Positions 26,162-35,396 of a DNA stretch of 64,000 bases are shown here, in pieces. Position 1 is the stretch's first letter. Every line of letters starts with the position of its first letter. Below the pieces are notes generated by a model that saw nothing but the letters and a program-made list of their open reading frames with translations, was not told the origin of the DNA and searched no databases. The translations under genes were made by a program, and so were the position numbers. The stretch is from an uncultured Clostridia bacterium. GTDB taxonomy: Bacteria; Acidobacteriota; Aminicenantia; UBA2199. The stretch lies in contig CAYZNT010000014.1 in the NCBI GenBank assembly GCA_964479735.1, positions 2,917 to 66,916 of the forward strand. The letters are read 5' to 3'.

Positions 26162-26812
26162 ATGGGCGTAGCTGAACGCAGGGAACGCGAGAAGGAACAG
26201 CGCCGGGCGGCGATCGTCTCGGCCGCCGAGGAGCTCTTCTTTTCCCGGGGCATCGCCAACACCACCATGGACGAAATCGCCGAAAAGGTCGAACTCAGCA
26301 AGGGGGCTCTCTACCTCTACTTCAAGAGCAAGGAGGAGATGTTCGCGGCCATCGTCCAGCGGGGGCTGCGGATCCTGAGCGGCAAGTTCGCCGAGGCGGC
26401 CAACCGCGGCGGCTGCGGCCTGGAGAAGCTGCGCTCCATCGGCGAGGAGTTCATCCGCTTCCACGCCGATTGTCCCAACTACTTCTCCGCCATCTTCTAC
26501 CACGAGTTCCACGCCGCCATCCATGCGGGAGAGGTCGATCCGTCCGGCGACGTGCTGAAGGAGGGGGAGGAGATGATGGCCATGACGACCCGGGTCATCG
26601 AGGAGGGGATCGCCGACGGATCGATACGGACCAGCGTGAATCCCCAGATGGCGGCCATCATCCTGGACGGCTTCCTGACCGGGATCATCCGCATGGTTTC
26701 GGCCGAGCGGGACCACCTGCTCAAGTGCCATCAGATCGACGGCGAGGAACTCATGAGGGTGGCCATGAACCTGATCTTCCACGCCCTGAAAGGGCCGGCC
26801 ATAAAGGATTGA
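26162..26812 (+). CDS. TetR/AcrR family transcriptional regulator
   Basis: The N-terminal HTH is AAEELFFSRGIANTTMDEIAEKVELSKGALYLYF. It is the first gene of the efflux operon. Confidence 0.8.
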   Translation: MGVAERREREKEQRRAAIVSAAEELFFSRGIANTTMDEIAEKVELSKGALYLYFKSKEEMFAAIVQRGLRILSGKFAEAANRGGCGLEKLRSIGEEFIRFHADCPNYFSAIFYHEFHAAIHAGEVDPSGDVLKEGEEMMAMTTRVIEEGIADGSIRTSVNPQMAAIILDGFLTGIIRMVSAERDHLLKCHQIDGEELMRVAMNLIFHALKGPAIKD

Positions 26813-26814
26813 AT

Positions 26815-28185
26815 ATGATCAGAGCGAAACATGTCTTCTGGCTGGTTGTGCTGTGGTTCGTTTCCCTGGCGATCCTCCCGGCGGCCGGACTGCCGCAGGC
26901 CGCGTCGCCGGAGCCCCGCGGCCTGACCGTGGCGGAGTGCGTCGATATCGGCCTGGTTTACAGCAAGTCGCTCTTCGCCTCCCAGATGGGGGTTCGTGAG
27001 GCCGAAGCCCGGCTGGGAGAGGTCAACGCCGACCGGCTGCCCACCCTGAAGCTGCAGAGCGCCTACACCCGGCTGAGCCGCCTGCCCCCCTTCGAGATCT
27101 CGGTGGACATCCCCGGCCTGCCCCCGATGAATTTTACCGTCAGCCAGTCCATCCTGAACAGCACCAACCTGAAGCTGACCCTGCAGCAGCCTCTGTTCAC
27201 CGGCTTCGCCCTGGAATCCCTTTCGCGCGCCGCCCGCTTCGCGGCCCGGGCCAGCCGGCAGCACTACGAGCGCGACCGCAACGAGCTGGTCTACGATATC
27301 CAGAAAGCCTACTGGACGCTGGTGCGGGCCCGGGAACTCAAGACCCTGCTGGACGAGAACGTCGGCATGATCCAGTCCCACCGCGACGACGTGCGCCGGC
27401 TCTTCGAGCAGGGGCTGGCCAAGAACAACGACGTGCTGAAGGTCCAGGTCCAGCTGGCCAGCACCCAGGTGAGCCAGCTGGAGGCGGCCAACGGGGTCCG
27501 CCTGGCCATGATGGCCCTCGACAGCCTGCTGGGCCTTTCACTGGACACCGAGATCGAGCCGATCTCTCGCCCCGAGGCGACCGGCGAAGCCCTGGCCGAG
27601 GCCGAAGCGGCCGTGGGCCAGGCGCTGCGCGAGCGGCCGGAGATGAAAGCGGTCGCCGACCAGATCGAGGCCGCCAAGGCCGGTTTGCGAGCCTCCCGCT
27701 CGGGGTATTATCCGCAGGTCTTCCTGGTGGGGAACTGGGTCTACGCCAATCCCAACGAGCGGGTCCAGCCGGTGCAGACCCGGTTCCGCGACACCTGGGA
27801 CGTGAGCCTGGCGCTGACCTACGATCTCTGGAACAACCGCCGCACCGCCTTCCAGGTTCGCCAGGCCAGCGCCCGGCTGGACCAGGCCCTCGCCGGCCAG
27901 GCCCAGCTGCGCGACGGCATCGTGCTGGAGGTGCGCAAGAGCCAGTACGACCTGCAGCAGGCCCGTCAAAAGATCGGCCTGGCCGAGGAGGCGGTGCGCC
28001 AGGCCGAGGAGAACCACCGGATCACCCGCGAGCGCTTCAAGGCCGGCCTGACCACCAACTCGGAACTGCTCGACGCCGAGGTCTTCCTGCTGCAGACCAA
28101 GGTGAGCCGGACCGAGGCGCTGATCGAGTTCGAACTGGCGCGGGCGCGGCTGACGAAGTCGCTGGGCGCCGGGACATCCAACTAA
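26815..28185 (+). CDS. TolC-like outer membrane efflux protein (OMF family)
   Basis: The signal peptide is MIRAKHVFWLVVLWFVSLAILPAAG. It has duplicated coiled-coil/beta-barrel repeats, 456 aa. The start is 2 nt after the tetR stop. Confidence 0.8.
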   Translation: MIRAKHVFWLVVLWFVSLAILPAAGLPQAASPEPRGLTVAECVDIGLVYSKSLFASQMGVREAEARLGEVNADRLPTLKLQSAYTRLSRLPPFEISVDIPGLPPMNFTVSQSILNSTNLKLTLQQPLFTGFALESLSRAARFAARASRQHYERDRNELVYDIQKAYWTLVRARELKTLLDENVGMIQSHRDDVRRLFEQGLAKNNDVLKVQVQLASTQVSQLEAANGVRLAMMALDSLLGLSLDTEIEPISRPEATGEALAEAEAAVGQALRERPEMKAVADQIEAAKAGLRASRSGYYPQVFLVGNWVYANPNERVQPVQTRFRDTWDVSLALTYDLWNNRRTAFQVRQASARLDQALAGQAQLRDGIVLEVRKSQYDLQQARQKIGLAEEAVRQAEENHRITRERFKAGLTTNSELLDAEVFLLQTKVSRTEALIEFELARARLTKSLGAGTSN

Positions 28186-28204
28186 CCCCAGGGAGGAATG
28201 CACC

Positions 28205-29269
28205 ATGAACATGAAACGGACGAGATGGATCTTCATACTGGCGCTGGTGCTGGGCGCCATGGTCTTCGTGCTGCTGCGCAACAAGGCCCGCAACCAGGCC
28301 AGCATCGCCGCCCGCATCGACGTGGTGCCGACCGTGACCGTGACGCCGGCGCGCCGCGGCCAGATCGACGAGAACCTGTCGCTGGTCGGCAACGTGGCCG
28401 CCAACCGCGACGTGATGGTGGTGTCGGAGACCGTGGGCCGGGTGACCGCGGTGCGTGCCGAGGTCGGCGACAACGTGAGCTCCGGAACCATGCTGGTGCA
28501 GGTCGACGACGAGCTGAAGCTGGCCGCCTTCAAGACCGCCGAGGTCAATTACGAGAAGGCCCAAAAGGACCTGCGGCGCTACGAGGCCCTCTACAAGAGC
28601 AACACCGTGACCGACACCGAAATCGAGTCGGCCCGGCTGGCCTGCAAGGCGGCCGAGGCCCAGTTCATCTCCGCCCGCCGCCAGTTCCAGGACACCCGCA
28701 TCACCGCCCCGATCGCCGGGGTAGTGACCAGCCGGCTGGTCGAGCAGGGGAGCATGGTGCAACCCGGCATGCCCATCGCCAACGTGGTCGACATCGCCAC
28801 CCTGAAGGTGACCCTGCACGTGGCGGAGAGCGACGTCTTCAAGCTCAAGCCGGGCCAGGCGGTCACGGCCAGCACCGACATCTATCCGGGAGTCGCCTTC
28901 GCCGGGGTCATCCGCACCGTCAGCGACAAGGCCGACGATTCGCACACCTACCGGGTCGAGATCGGCATGGACAATTCCGCCGCCCACCCGCTGAAGGCCG
29001 GCATGTTCGTCCGGGTCACCTTCCCGGCGGTCTCCAAGCGGAACGCCCTGATCATCCCCCGCGCCTGCCTGGTGGGCAGCCGCCGCGACCCCCAGGTGTA
29101 CGTGGTCGAGGCCGGCAAGGCCCGTCTGCGCGCCATCACCGTGGGCGCCGAAATCGGTCTGGAGGTGGAGGTGCTGAGCGGCCTGGGCGAGGGGGAATCG
29201 GTGGTCAGCAACGGCCAGAACAACATCAGCGACAACAGCGCCGTGACCGTGGCCGCCGGCGGGCGTTGA
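28205..29269 (+). CDS. efflux RND transporter periplasmic adaptor subunit (HlyD/MFP family)
   Basis: An N-terminal TM anchor followed by lipoyl/beta-barrel domain motifs (ITAPIAGVVTSRLVEQGSMVQPG), 354 aa. Confidence 0.85.
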   Translation: MNMKRTRWIFILALVLGAMVFVLLRNKARNQASIAARIDVVPTVTVTPARRGQIDENLSLVGNVAANRDVMVVSETVGRVTAVRAEVGDNVSSGTMLVQVDDELKLAAFKTAEVNYEKAQKDLRRYEALYKSNTVTDTEIESARLACKAAEAQFISARRQFQDTRITAPIAGVVTSRLVEQGSMVQPGMPIANVVDIATLKVTLHVAESDVFKLKPGQAVTASTDIYPGVAFAGVIRTVSDKADDSHTYRVEIGMDNSAAHPLKAGMFVRVTFPAVSKRNALIIPRACLVGSRRDPQVYVVEAGKARLRAITVGAEIGLEVEVLSGLGEGESVVSNGQNNISDNSAVTVAAGGR

Positions 29270-29305
29270 GGCAACGGCTTTCGCGGCCCGCAACGGAGTG
29301 AACCG

Positions 29306-32300
29306 ATGACCATAACCGAACTGTCCATCAAGCGGCCGACCCTGGTGGTGGTGATCTTCACCGCCCTGATCGTGCTCGGCCTGTTCAGCTACTTCCAGCT
29401 GCAGTATGAGCTGCTGCCCAAGATGAGCGTGCCCTGGGTGTCGGTGGTCACCGTCTACCCCGGCGCCTCGCCCAAGGTGGTCGAAACCACGGTGAGCAAG
29501 GTGATCGAAGACGCGGTTTCCACCATGGACAAGGTCAAGAACGTCTATGCCACCTCGCGCGAAGGCGTTTCGGTGGTCTCCATCGAGTTCGTCACCTCGG
29601 CCGACATCAACCAGGCCCTGCCCGACGCCCAGCGCAAGGTGAACGAGGTGCGGGCCCTGCTGCCCGACGGCATCCGGGAGCCGGTCATCTCCAAATTCGC
29701 CATCGACGAGCTGCCGGTGCTGCGCATCGGAGCCACCTCCAGCCTCCCCGGGCCGGCCTTCGCCCAGTTCCTGAAGGACAATGTGCAGCCCAGCCTGGCC
29801 AAACTCGGCGGGGTGGGGCAGATCACCTTCCTGGGCATGGAGGAGCGGGAGATCCGGGTCAACGTGGACCGCCAGCGGCTGCGGGCCTACAACCTGCCGC
29901 TGCTGCTGGTCACCCAGGCCATCCGCGCCGCCAACCTGGAGTTCCCCACCGGCAACGTCAAGGACCAGGACCGGCAGTTCGTGGTCCGCTTGGCCGGCAA
30001 GATCGGCTCCCTGGAGGAGCTGCGCCGCCTGGTGATCGGCAAGTCCGACCAGGGGGGGGAGATCAAGCTGCGGGATGTGGCCGAGGTGCAGGACACGGTG
30101 CGGGAGCCGACCAACATCACCCGCCTCAACGGCAAGCCGGCGGTGGGGCTGCAGATTCAGAAGCAGAACGACGCCAACGCCGTGGCCGTCAGCCGGCTGG
30201 TGCGGCGCGAGCTGCAGCGGCTGGAGAGAGAATACGCCGGGCGGAAGCTCCGCTTCGATGTCTCCCAGGACTCCTCCACGTTCACCATCAACGCCGCCGA
30301 CGCCGTCAAGACCGACCTGCTGTGGGCCATCCTGCTGGTCGGCCTGGTCATGCTGGTCTTCCGCACAGCATCCGCAACGCGGTCATCGTCATGGTGGCCA
30401 TTCCCTGCTCGCTGATCTCCACCCTCATCGCTATGCTGGCCTTCGGCTTCACCCTCAACCTGATGACCCTGCTGGCCATGTCCCTGGTGATCGGCATCCT
30501 GGTCGACGACTCGATCGTGGTGCTGGAAAACATCCACCGCCATCTGGAGCTCGGCCTGGAGCCCCGCCGGGCCGCCCTGGTCGGGCGCAACGAGATCGGC
30601 TTCACCGCCCTGTCGATCACCCTGGTGGACGTGGTGGTCTTCCTGCCCATGTCCCTGCTGAGCGGCCTCATCGGCAACATCGTCCGGGAATACTCCCTGG
30701 TCATCGTCGTCTCCACCCTGCTGTCGCTGTTCGTCTCCTTCACCGTGACCCCGCTGCTGGCCTCCCGATTCTCCCGCCTGGAAGAGGCCGCCCGGGAGAC
30801 CGGGATGGGCCGCTTCGGCGCCTGGTTCGAAGTCCAGTACGGCCGCCTCACCGACTTTTACGTGCGGCTGCTGCGCCGGGGGCTGTCGCGGCCGGGCTGG
30901 GTCATGGCCACCGCCACCGCCCTGTTCGTCGCCTCCCTGATGCTGGTGCCGCTCGGGTTCGTGGGCGGCGAGTTCATGCCCCAGTCCGACCGCGGCGAGT
31001 TCACCGTCACCCTGGAACTGCCGACCGGGGCCAAGTTGAAGACCACCAACGAGGCGGCGCAGACCGTGGAGAGGGCCATCTCGGCCATCCCCGAGGTCCG
31101 CAAGATCTTCACCAACGTGGGCGCCTCCAGCGAGGGGTTCATGGGCCAGAGCTCGACCAACGTGGCCGCCCTGGACGTCTCCCTGGTGGACAAGCAGCTG
31201 CGCCGGCGCAGCACCGCCGAGGTGATCCGGGACATCAAGCGGCGGGTGGGCGGGGTGGCCGGCATGACCCTGCGCGCCAACCCCATCGGCATCTTCGGCA
31301 TGGCCGACGAGTCGCCCATCCAGATCGGCGTCTCCGGCACCGATTTCGAGGACGTCAGCCGGGCCTCGCGCCAGCTGCTGGACGTCATCAAGCGGGTCCC
31401 CGGCACCGACGAAGTGCGCCTCTCCACCGAGGAGGGCAATCCGGAGACGCGGATCGACATCGACCGCGACAAGCTGGCCTCGCTGGGGCTGACCCTGGGC
31501 GAGGTCGGCCTCACCCTGCAGGCCGCCCTGACCGGCGACGACCAGTCCAAGTTCCAGGACGGCGTCAACGAGTATCCCATCCGGGTGATCCTGGACCAGT
31601 TCGACCGCTCGCGCACCGGGGACATGGAGAACCTCTTCTTCGTCAACGGCCGCGGCCAGGCGGTGGAGCTGAAGCAGTTCGCCTCCATCGCCCAAACCAC
31701 CGGCCCCAACAAGCTGGAGCGGCGCAACCGGGTTTACAACATCTGGGTGCGCTCCCAGGCGGTCGGCCGGCCCAGCGGCACCATCGGCGACGAGATCTTC
31801 CGGGGCGTCGGCGGCCTGAAGCTGCCGCCCAATGTCACCATCTATGCCTCCGGCGACCTGGAGATGCAGCAGGACGCCTTCCGCAGCCTGGGGCTGGCCA
31901 TGGCCGCGGCCATCCTTTTCGTCTATCTCATCATGGTCGCCCTCTACAACTCCTACATCCACCCCTTCGTGGTGCTCTTCTCCATCCCCATGGCCGTGGT
32001 GGGCGCCTTCTTCGCCCTGGGACTGACCAACAACTCCCTCAACATCTTCCCCTTCATGGGCTTGATCATGCTCACCGGGCTGGTGGCCAAGAACGCCATT
32101 CTGCTCGTCGACTTCACCAACCGCCGACGCGCCGACGGGCTGGAGATCATCCCCGCCCTGGTCGAAGCCGGCCGGGTGCGGCTGCGCCCCATCCTGATGA
32201 CCACCCTGACCATGATCTTCGGCATGGCCCCCATCGCCCTGTCCACCTCCCAGGCGGCGGAATTCAAGAGCGGCCTCGGCTGGGTGCTGATCGGCGGCCT

Positions 32301-32433
32301 CACCTCCTCGCTGCTGCTCACCCTGCTGCTGGTGCCGGTGGTCTACCTCAAGCTGGAGGGGGTGCGCCTTCGCTTCAACCGCTGGCTGAAGCGCCATGCG
32401 GTGCGGGTGGAGAACGGCGAAGGGCAGGCCTGA
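29306..32433 (+). CDS. RND family efflux permease (AcrB-like), interrupted by a single-nucleotide frameshift near 30360
   Basis: Track ORFs 29306..30415 and 30322..32433 are consecutive AcrB segments. Joining them needs one extra nt in ctggtcttcc|gcacagcatc to restore ...LVF-L-HSIRNAVIVMVAIPCSL... The remainder is full-length with 12 TMs. Confidence 0.75.
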
Positions 32434-32619
32434 GTCCGCGGCACGCCCCGAGCGGGTGATCCGCGCCCCGCCGCTGGACAACCCGGGGCGGGGTATGGTA
32501 TGAAGGGAAGGCCTTCGAGCCGGAACGCGGCTACCGCGGCCTGCCGCCGCCACGCCCGCCGGCCGGCAGGGTGCGGCGGGAAACGGCCGCGCCTCTCCCG
32601 TGCGGAAAGGAGGTATTGC

Positions 32620-33456
32620 ATGACATGTTCGCGCCCGGTATCCGGGAAGCGCCGGCTGGCCGCCTGGGTTGCCGCCCTCCTGGTCATGGTCCCGCTGGCG
32701 GTCCAGGCCAAGGAGAAACTGGTGCTGGCCTCCACCACGTCGACCCTCGATTCGGGATTTTTCGACGCGGTGATCCCGGTGTTCGAGAAAAATTTCGATT
32801 GCCAGGTCAAGGTGATCGCCGTCGGCACCGGGCAGGCCATCCGCCTGGGCCGGGACGGCAACGCCGACGTGCTGCTGGTCCACGACCCGGTTGCCGAGAA
32901 GCTCTTCGTCGAGGACGGCTACGGGGAAGCGCGCCTGCCGGTGATGCACAACGATTTCCTGATCGTCGGCCCGGAAAGCGATCCGGCCGCCATCGCCGGG
33001 TTGAAGGCCGTCCCGGCGTTCCGGAAACTGGCGGCCGCCGGCGCCGTGTTCGTCAGTCGCGGCGACGCCTCGGGCACCCACAAGATGGAACTGCGGCTCT
33101 GGTCGCAGTCGGGAGGCCCGGGGAGCGGAAAAAGCTACCTGGAAAGCGGCAGCGGCATGGAGGCCACCCTGCGCATCGCCAGCGAAAAGATCGCCTACAC
33201 CCTGATCGACCGCGCGACCTGGCTGGCGCACCGCAGCGAGGTGCCGGGGCTGAACGCCCTGGTCGAAGGCGACGAGATGCTCTTCAACCCCTACGCGGTG
33301 ATCGTCGTATCGCCCCTGAAGCACCCCCACGTTCAGCACCGGCTGGCGGTAGCCTTCGCCGGTTTCCTGCGGGGCCCCGAGGGCCAGGCCCTCATCCGCG
33401 ACTTCGGCCGGGACCGGTACGGCCAGCCGCTTTTCTTTCCCGACGTGATCCGCTAG
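32620..33456 (+). CDS. tupA: tungstate ABC transporter substrate-binding protein
   Basis: The signal peptide is followed by the TupA signature ASTTSTLDSGF. An RBS (ggaaaggaggt) precedes the ATG. Confidence 0.8.
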   Translation: MTCSRPVSGKRRLAAWVAALLVMVPLAVQAKEKLVLASTTSTLDSGFFDAVIPVFEKNFDCQVKVIAVGTGQAIRLGRDGNADVLLVHDPVAEKLFVEDGYGEARLPVMHNDFLIVGPESDPAAIAGLKAVPAFRKLAAAGAVFVSRGDASGTHKMELRLWSQSGGPGSGKSYLESGSGMEATLRIASEKIAYTLIDRATWLAHRSEVPGLNALVEGDEMLFNPYAVIVVSPLKHPHVQHRLAVAFAGFLRGPEGQALIRDFGRDRYGQPLFFPDVIR

Positions 33457-33471
33457 GCGGGGGTGGGGGCG

Positions 33472-34158
33472 ATGTCGCCGTTCCTGGAGGGGTTGCGGCA
33501 GGGCATCGCCCTGCTGCTTCCCCCCGGCCCGGAAGTCACCTCCATCGTCCTGCTGTCGCTCCTGGTGTCGGGGACGGCCACGATGCTGGCCGCCCTGGCC
33601 GCCCTGCCCGCCGCCCTGTCCCTGGCGGTGTTCGAGTTCCGCGGCAAGCGGCTGGTGATCGGCGCGCTGCAGACCAGCCTGGCCGTGCCGGCGGTGCTGA
33701 TCGGCCTGCTGGTCTACCTGCTGCTCAGCCGGCGCGGCCCGCTCGGCCCGCTGGGGCTTCTCTACAGCCCGGGGGCGATGGTCATCGCCCAGGCGCTGCT
33801 GGCCTTTCCGCTCGTCGCCGCCCTGGCCTACTCCGCCCTCAAGGGCACGGCCCGCGAGGCCGTCGACCTGGCCCACTCGCTGGGCGCTTCCCCCTGGCAG
33901 GCGGCGCTGGCGGTGGTGCGCCAGGGGCGCTTTCCTTTCCTGACCGCCCTGATCACCGGCTTCTCGCGCGTGATCGGCGAAACCGGCATGACCCTGATGG
34001 TGGGCGGCAACATCCGGAACGAGACGCGGGTGATGACCACCGCCATCTCGCTGGAGACCATGAAGGGCAACTTCGAGCTGGGCATCGCCCTCGGCGTGGT
34101 GCTGCTGGTGGTGGCCCTGCTGGTGAACGCGCTGCTGCAGGCGGCCCAGGGGAAGTGA
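33472..34158 (+). CDS. tupB: tungstate ABC transporter permease
   Basis: A six-TM ABC type-I permease with the EAA-like region SLGASPWQAA. Confidence 0.8.
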   Translation: MSPFLEGLRQGIALLLPPGPEVTSIVLLSLLVSGTATMLAALAALPAALSLAVFEFRGKRLVIGALQTSLAVPAVLIGLLVYLLLSRRGPLGPLGLLYSPGAMVIAQALLAFPLVAALAYSALKGTAREAVDLAHSLGASPWQAALAVVRQGRFPFLTALITGFSRVIGETGMTLMVGGNIRNETRVMTTAISLETMKGNFELGIALGVVLLVVALLVNALLQAAQGK

Positions 34159-35228
34159 TGGAGATCGAACTGCGCGGCGCCGCGGTTCGCATCGGAAGCC
34201 AGCCGGTGCTTCAGCCGCTCACGCTGGCCGTCCGCCCCGGCCACGTCACGGTCGTGCTGGGGCCGAACGGCGCCGGCAAGACCACCCTGCTTCGCCTGCT
34301 GGCCCTGCTCACCCGTCCCGCCGGCGGGACGGTGCTCCATGACGGGGTGAACGCGTTTTCACTCAGGCGGACGCAGCGCACCGCGCTGCGGCGGCGCATG
34401 GGCTTCGTCTTCCAGAGCCCCCTCTTTTTCGCCGCTTCGGTGGAAGCCAACCTCGTCTACCCGCTGCGGGTGCGCGGCATACGGCCGCGGCCGGAGGCGA
34501 TCGACTCGGTGCTGCGGCAGGTCGGCCTGGCCGGCCGCGGGAAGGCCGACGCCCGGGCCCTCTCCGGCGGGGAGAGGCAGCGCCTGCAGCTCGGCCGCCT
34601 GCTGATCACCGACCCCGAGGTCTGCCTCTTCGACGAGCCGGCCGCCTCGCTCGACCCGGTTTCCAACCTCTGGTTCGAGCGCGAGATCCTGCGCCTGGCG
34701 GGGGAGGGCCGCACGGTGGTGCTGACCACCCACAACCTGGACCGCGCCTGGGTGGTCGGCGCGCGCATCCTCTACCTGCAGGACGGGGAACTGAAGCACG
34801 ACGGCACGGCGGACGACTTCTTCTCGCGTCCCCAGTCCCTGGAAGCGGCCCTGTTCTCGACTTCCGCGAATCTCGTCGAGGGGCAGGTCTCACGGACGCC
34901 GGGCGGGCCGGCGCTCCTGGCCGCCGGGGCCATGCGCATCGAGCTGGCCGGCGACGTCCCCGCCGGCCCGGCGACCGTTCTGATCCGCCCCGAGGAGATC
35001 CTGCTGTCGAAGGCCCCGCTGGCCTCGTCGGCCCGAAACTGCCTCCCCGGCCGGGTGCTCGACATCCAGGCGGCCGGGCCGCTGGTCTGGGTCGTCTGCG
35101 ACTGCGGCGGGCCGGCCCTGACCGCGCGCATCACCCGCCCCTCGGTCGAGGCGCTGGAACTGAGCCGGGGAACCCCCGTTTTTCTCAACTTCAAGGCCTC
35201 GGCCATCCACCACCTGCCGCCGGGGTGA
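34158..35228 (+). CDS. tupC: tungstate ABC transporter ATP-binding protein with a C-terminal TOBE domain
   Basis: Walker A GPNGAGKTT, the signature LSGGERQRL, Walker B LFDEP, and a C-terminal TOBE-like domain. It overlaps the tupB stop. Confidence 0.8.
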   Translation: MEIELRGAAVRIGSQPVLQPLTLAVRPGHVTVVLGPNGAGKTTLLRLLALLTRPAGGTVLHDGVNAFSLRRTQRTALRRRMGFVFQSPLFFAASVEANLVYPLRVRGIRPRPEAIDSVLRQVGLAGRGKADARALSGGERQRLQLGRLLITDPEVCLFDEPAASLDPVSNLWFEREILRLAGEGRTVVLTTHNLDRAWVVGARILYLQDGELKHDGTADDFFSRPQSLEAALFSTSANLVEGQVSRTPGGPALLAAGAMRIELAGDVPAGPATVLIRPEEILLSKAPLASSARNCLPGRVLDIQAAGPLVWVVCDCGGPALTARITRPSVEALELSRGTPVFLNFKASAIHHLPPG

Positions 35229-35396
35229 CTCCCGGGCGATCCGTCCCGGTGGGGCCTGCCATTTCACGTACCGACCCAGAGTTGATGGCATGCCGGTCCC
35301 CTCGGGTCGGAGACGAGAAACGGGCCGGGAAGAAAACCCGCGTGGCCGGCGGGGAAGGCTGGGACGCCGGCAGGCGCCCCAGCCGGGAAGTCCGGT

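Noticed and set aside
30157-33876. 1239-aa minus-strand ORF
   Set aside because: It is antisense to the RND permease and tupA/tupB. Its composition is dominated by G/A/R/P/Q/H runs and is not protein-like.
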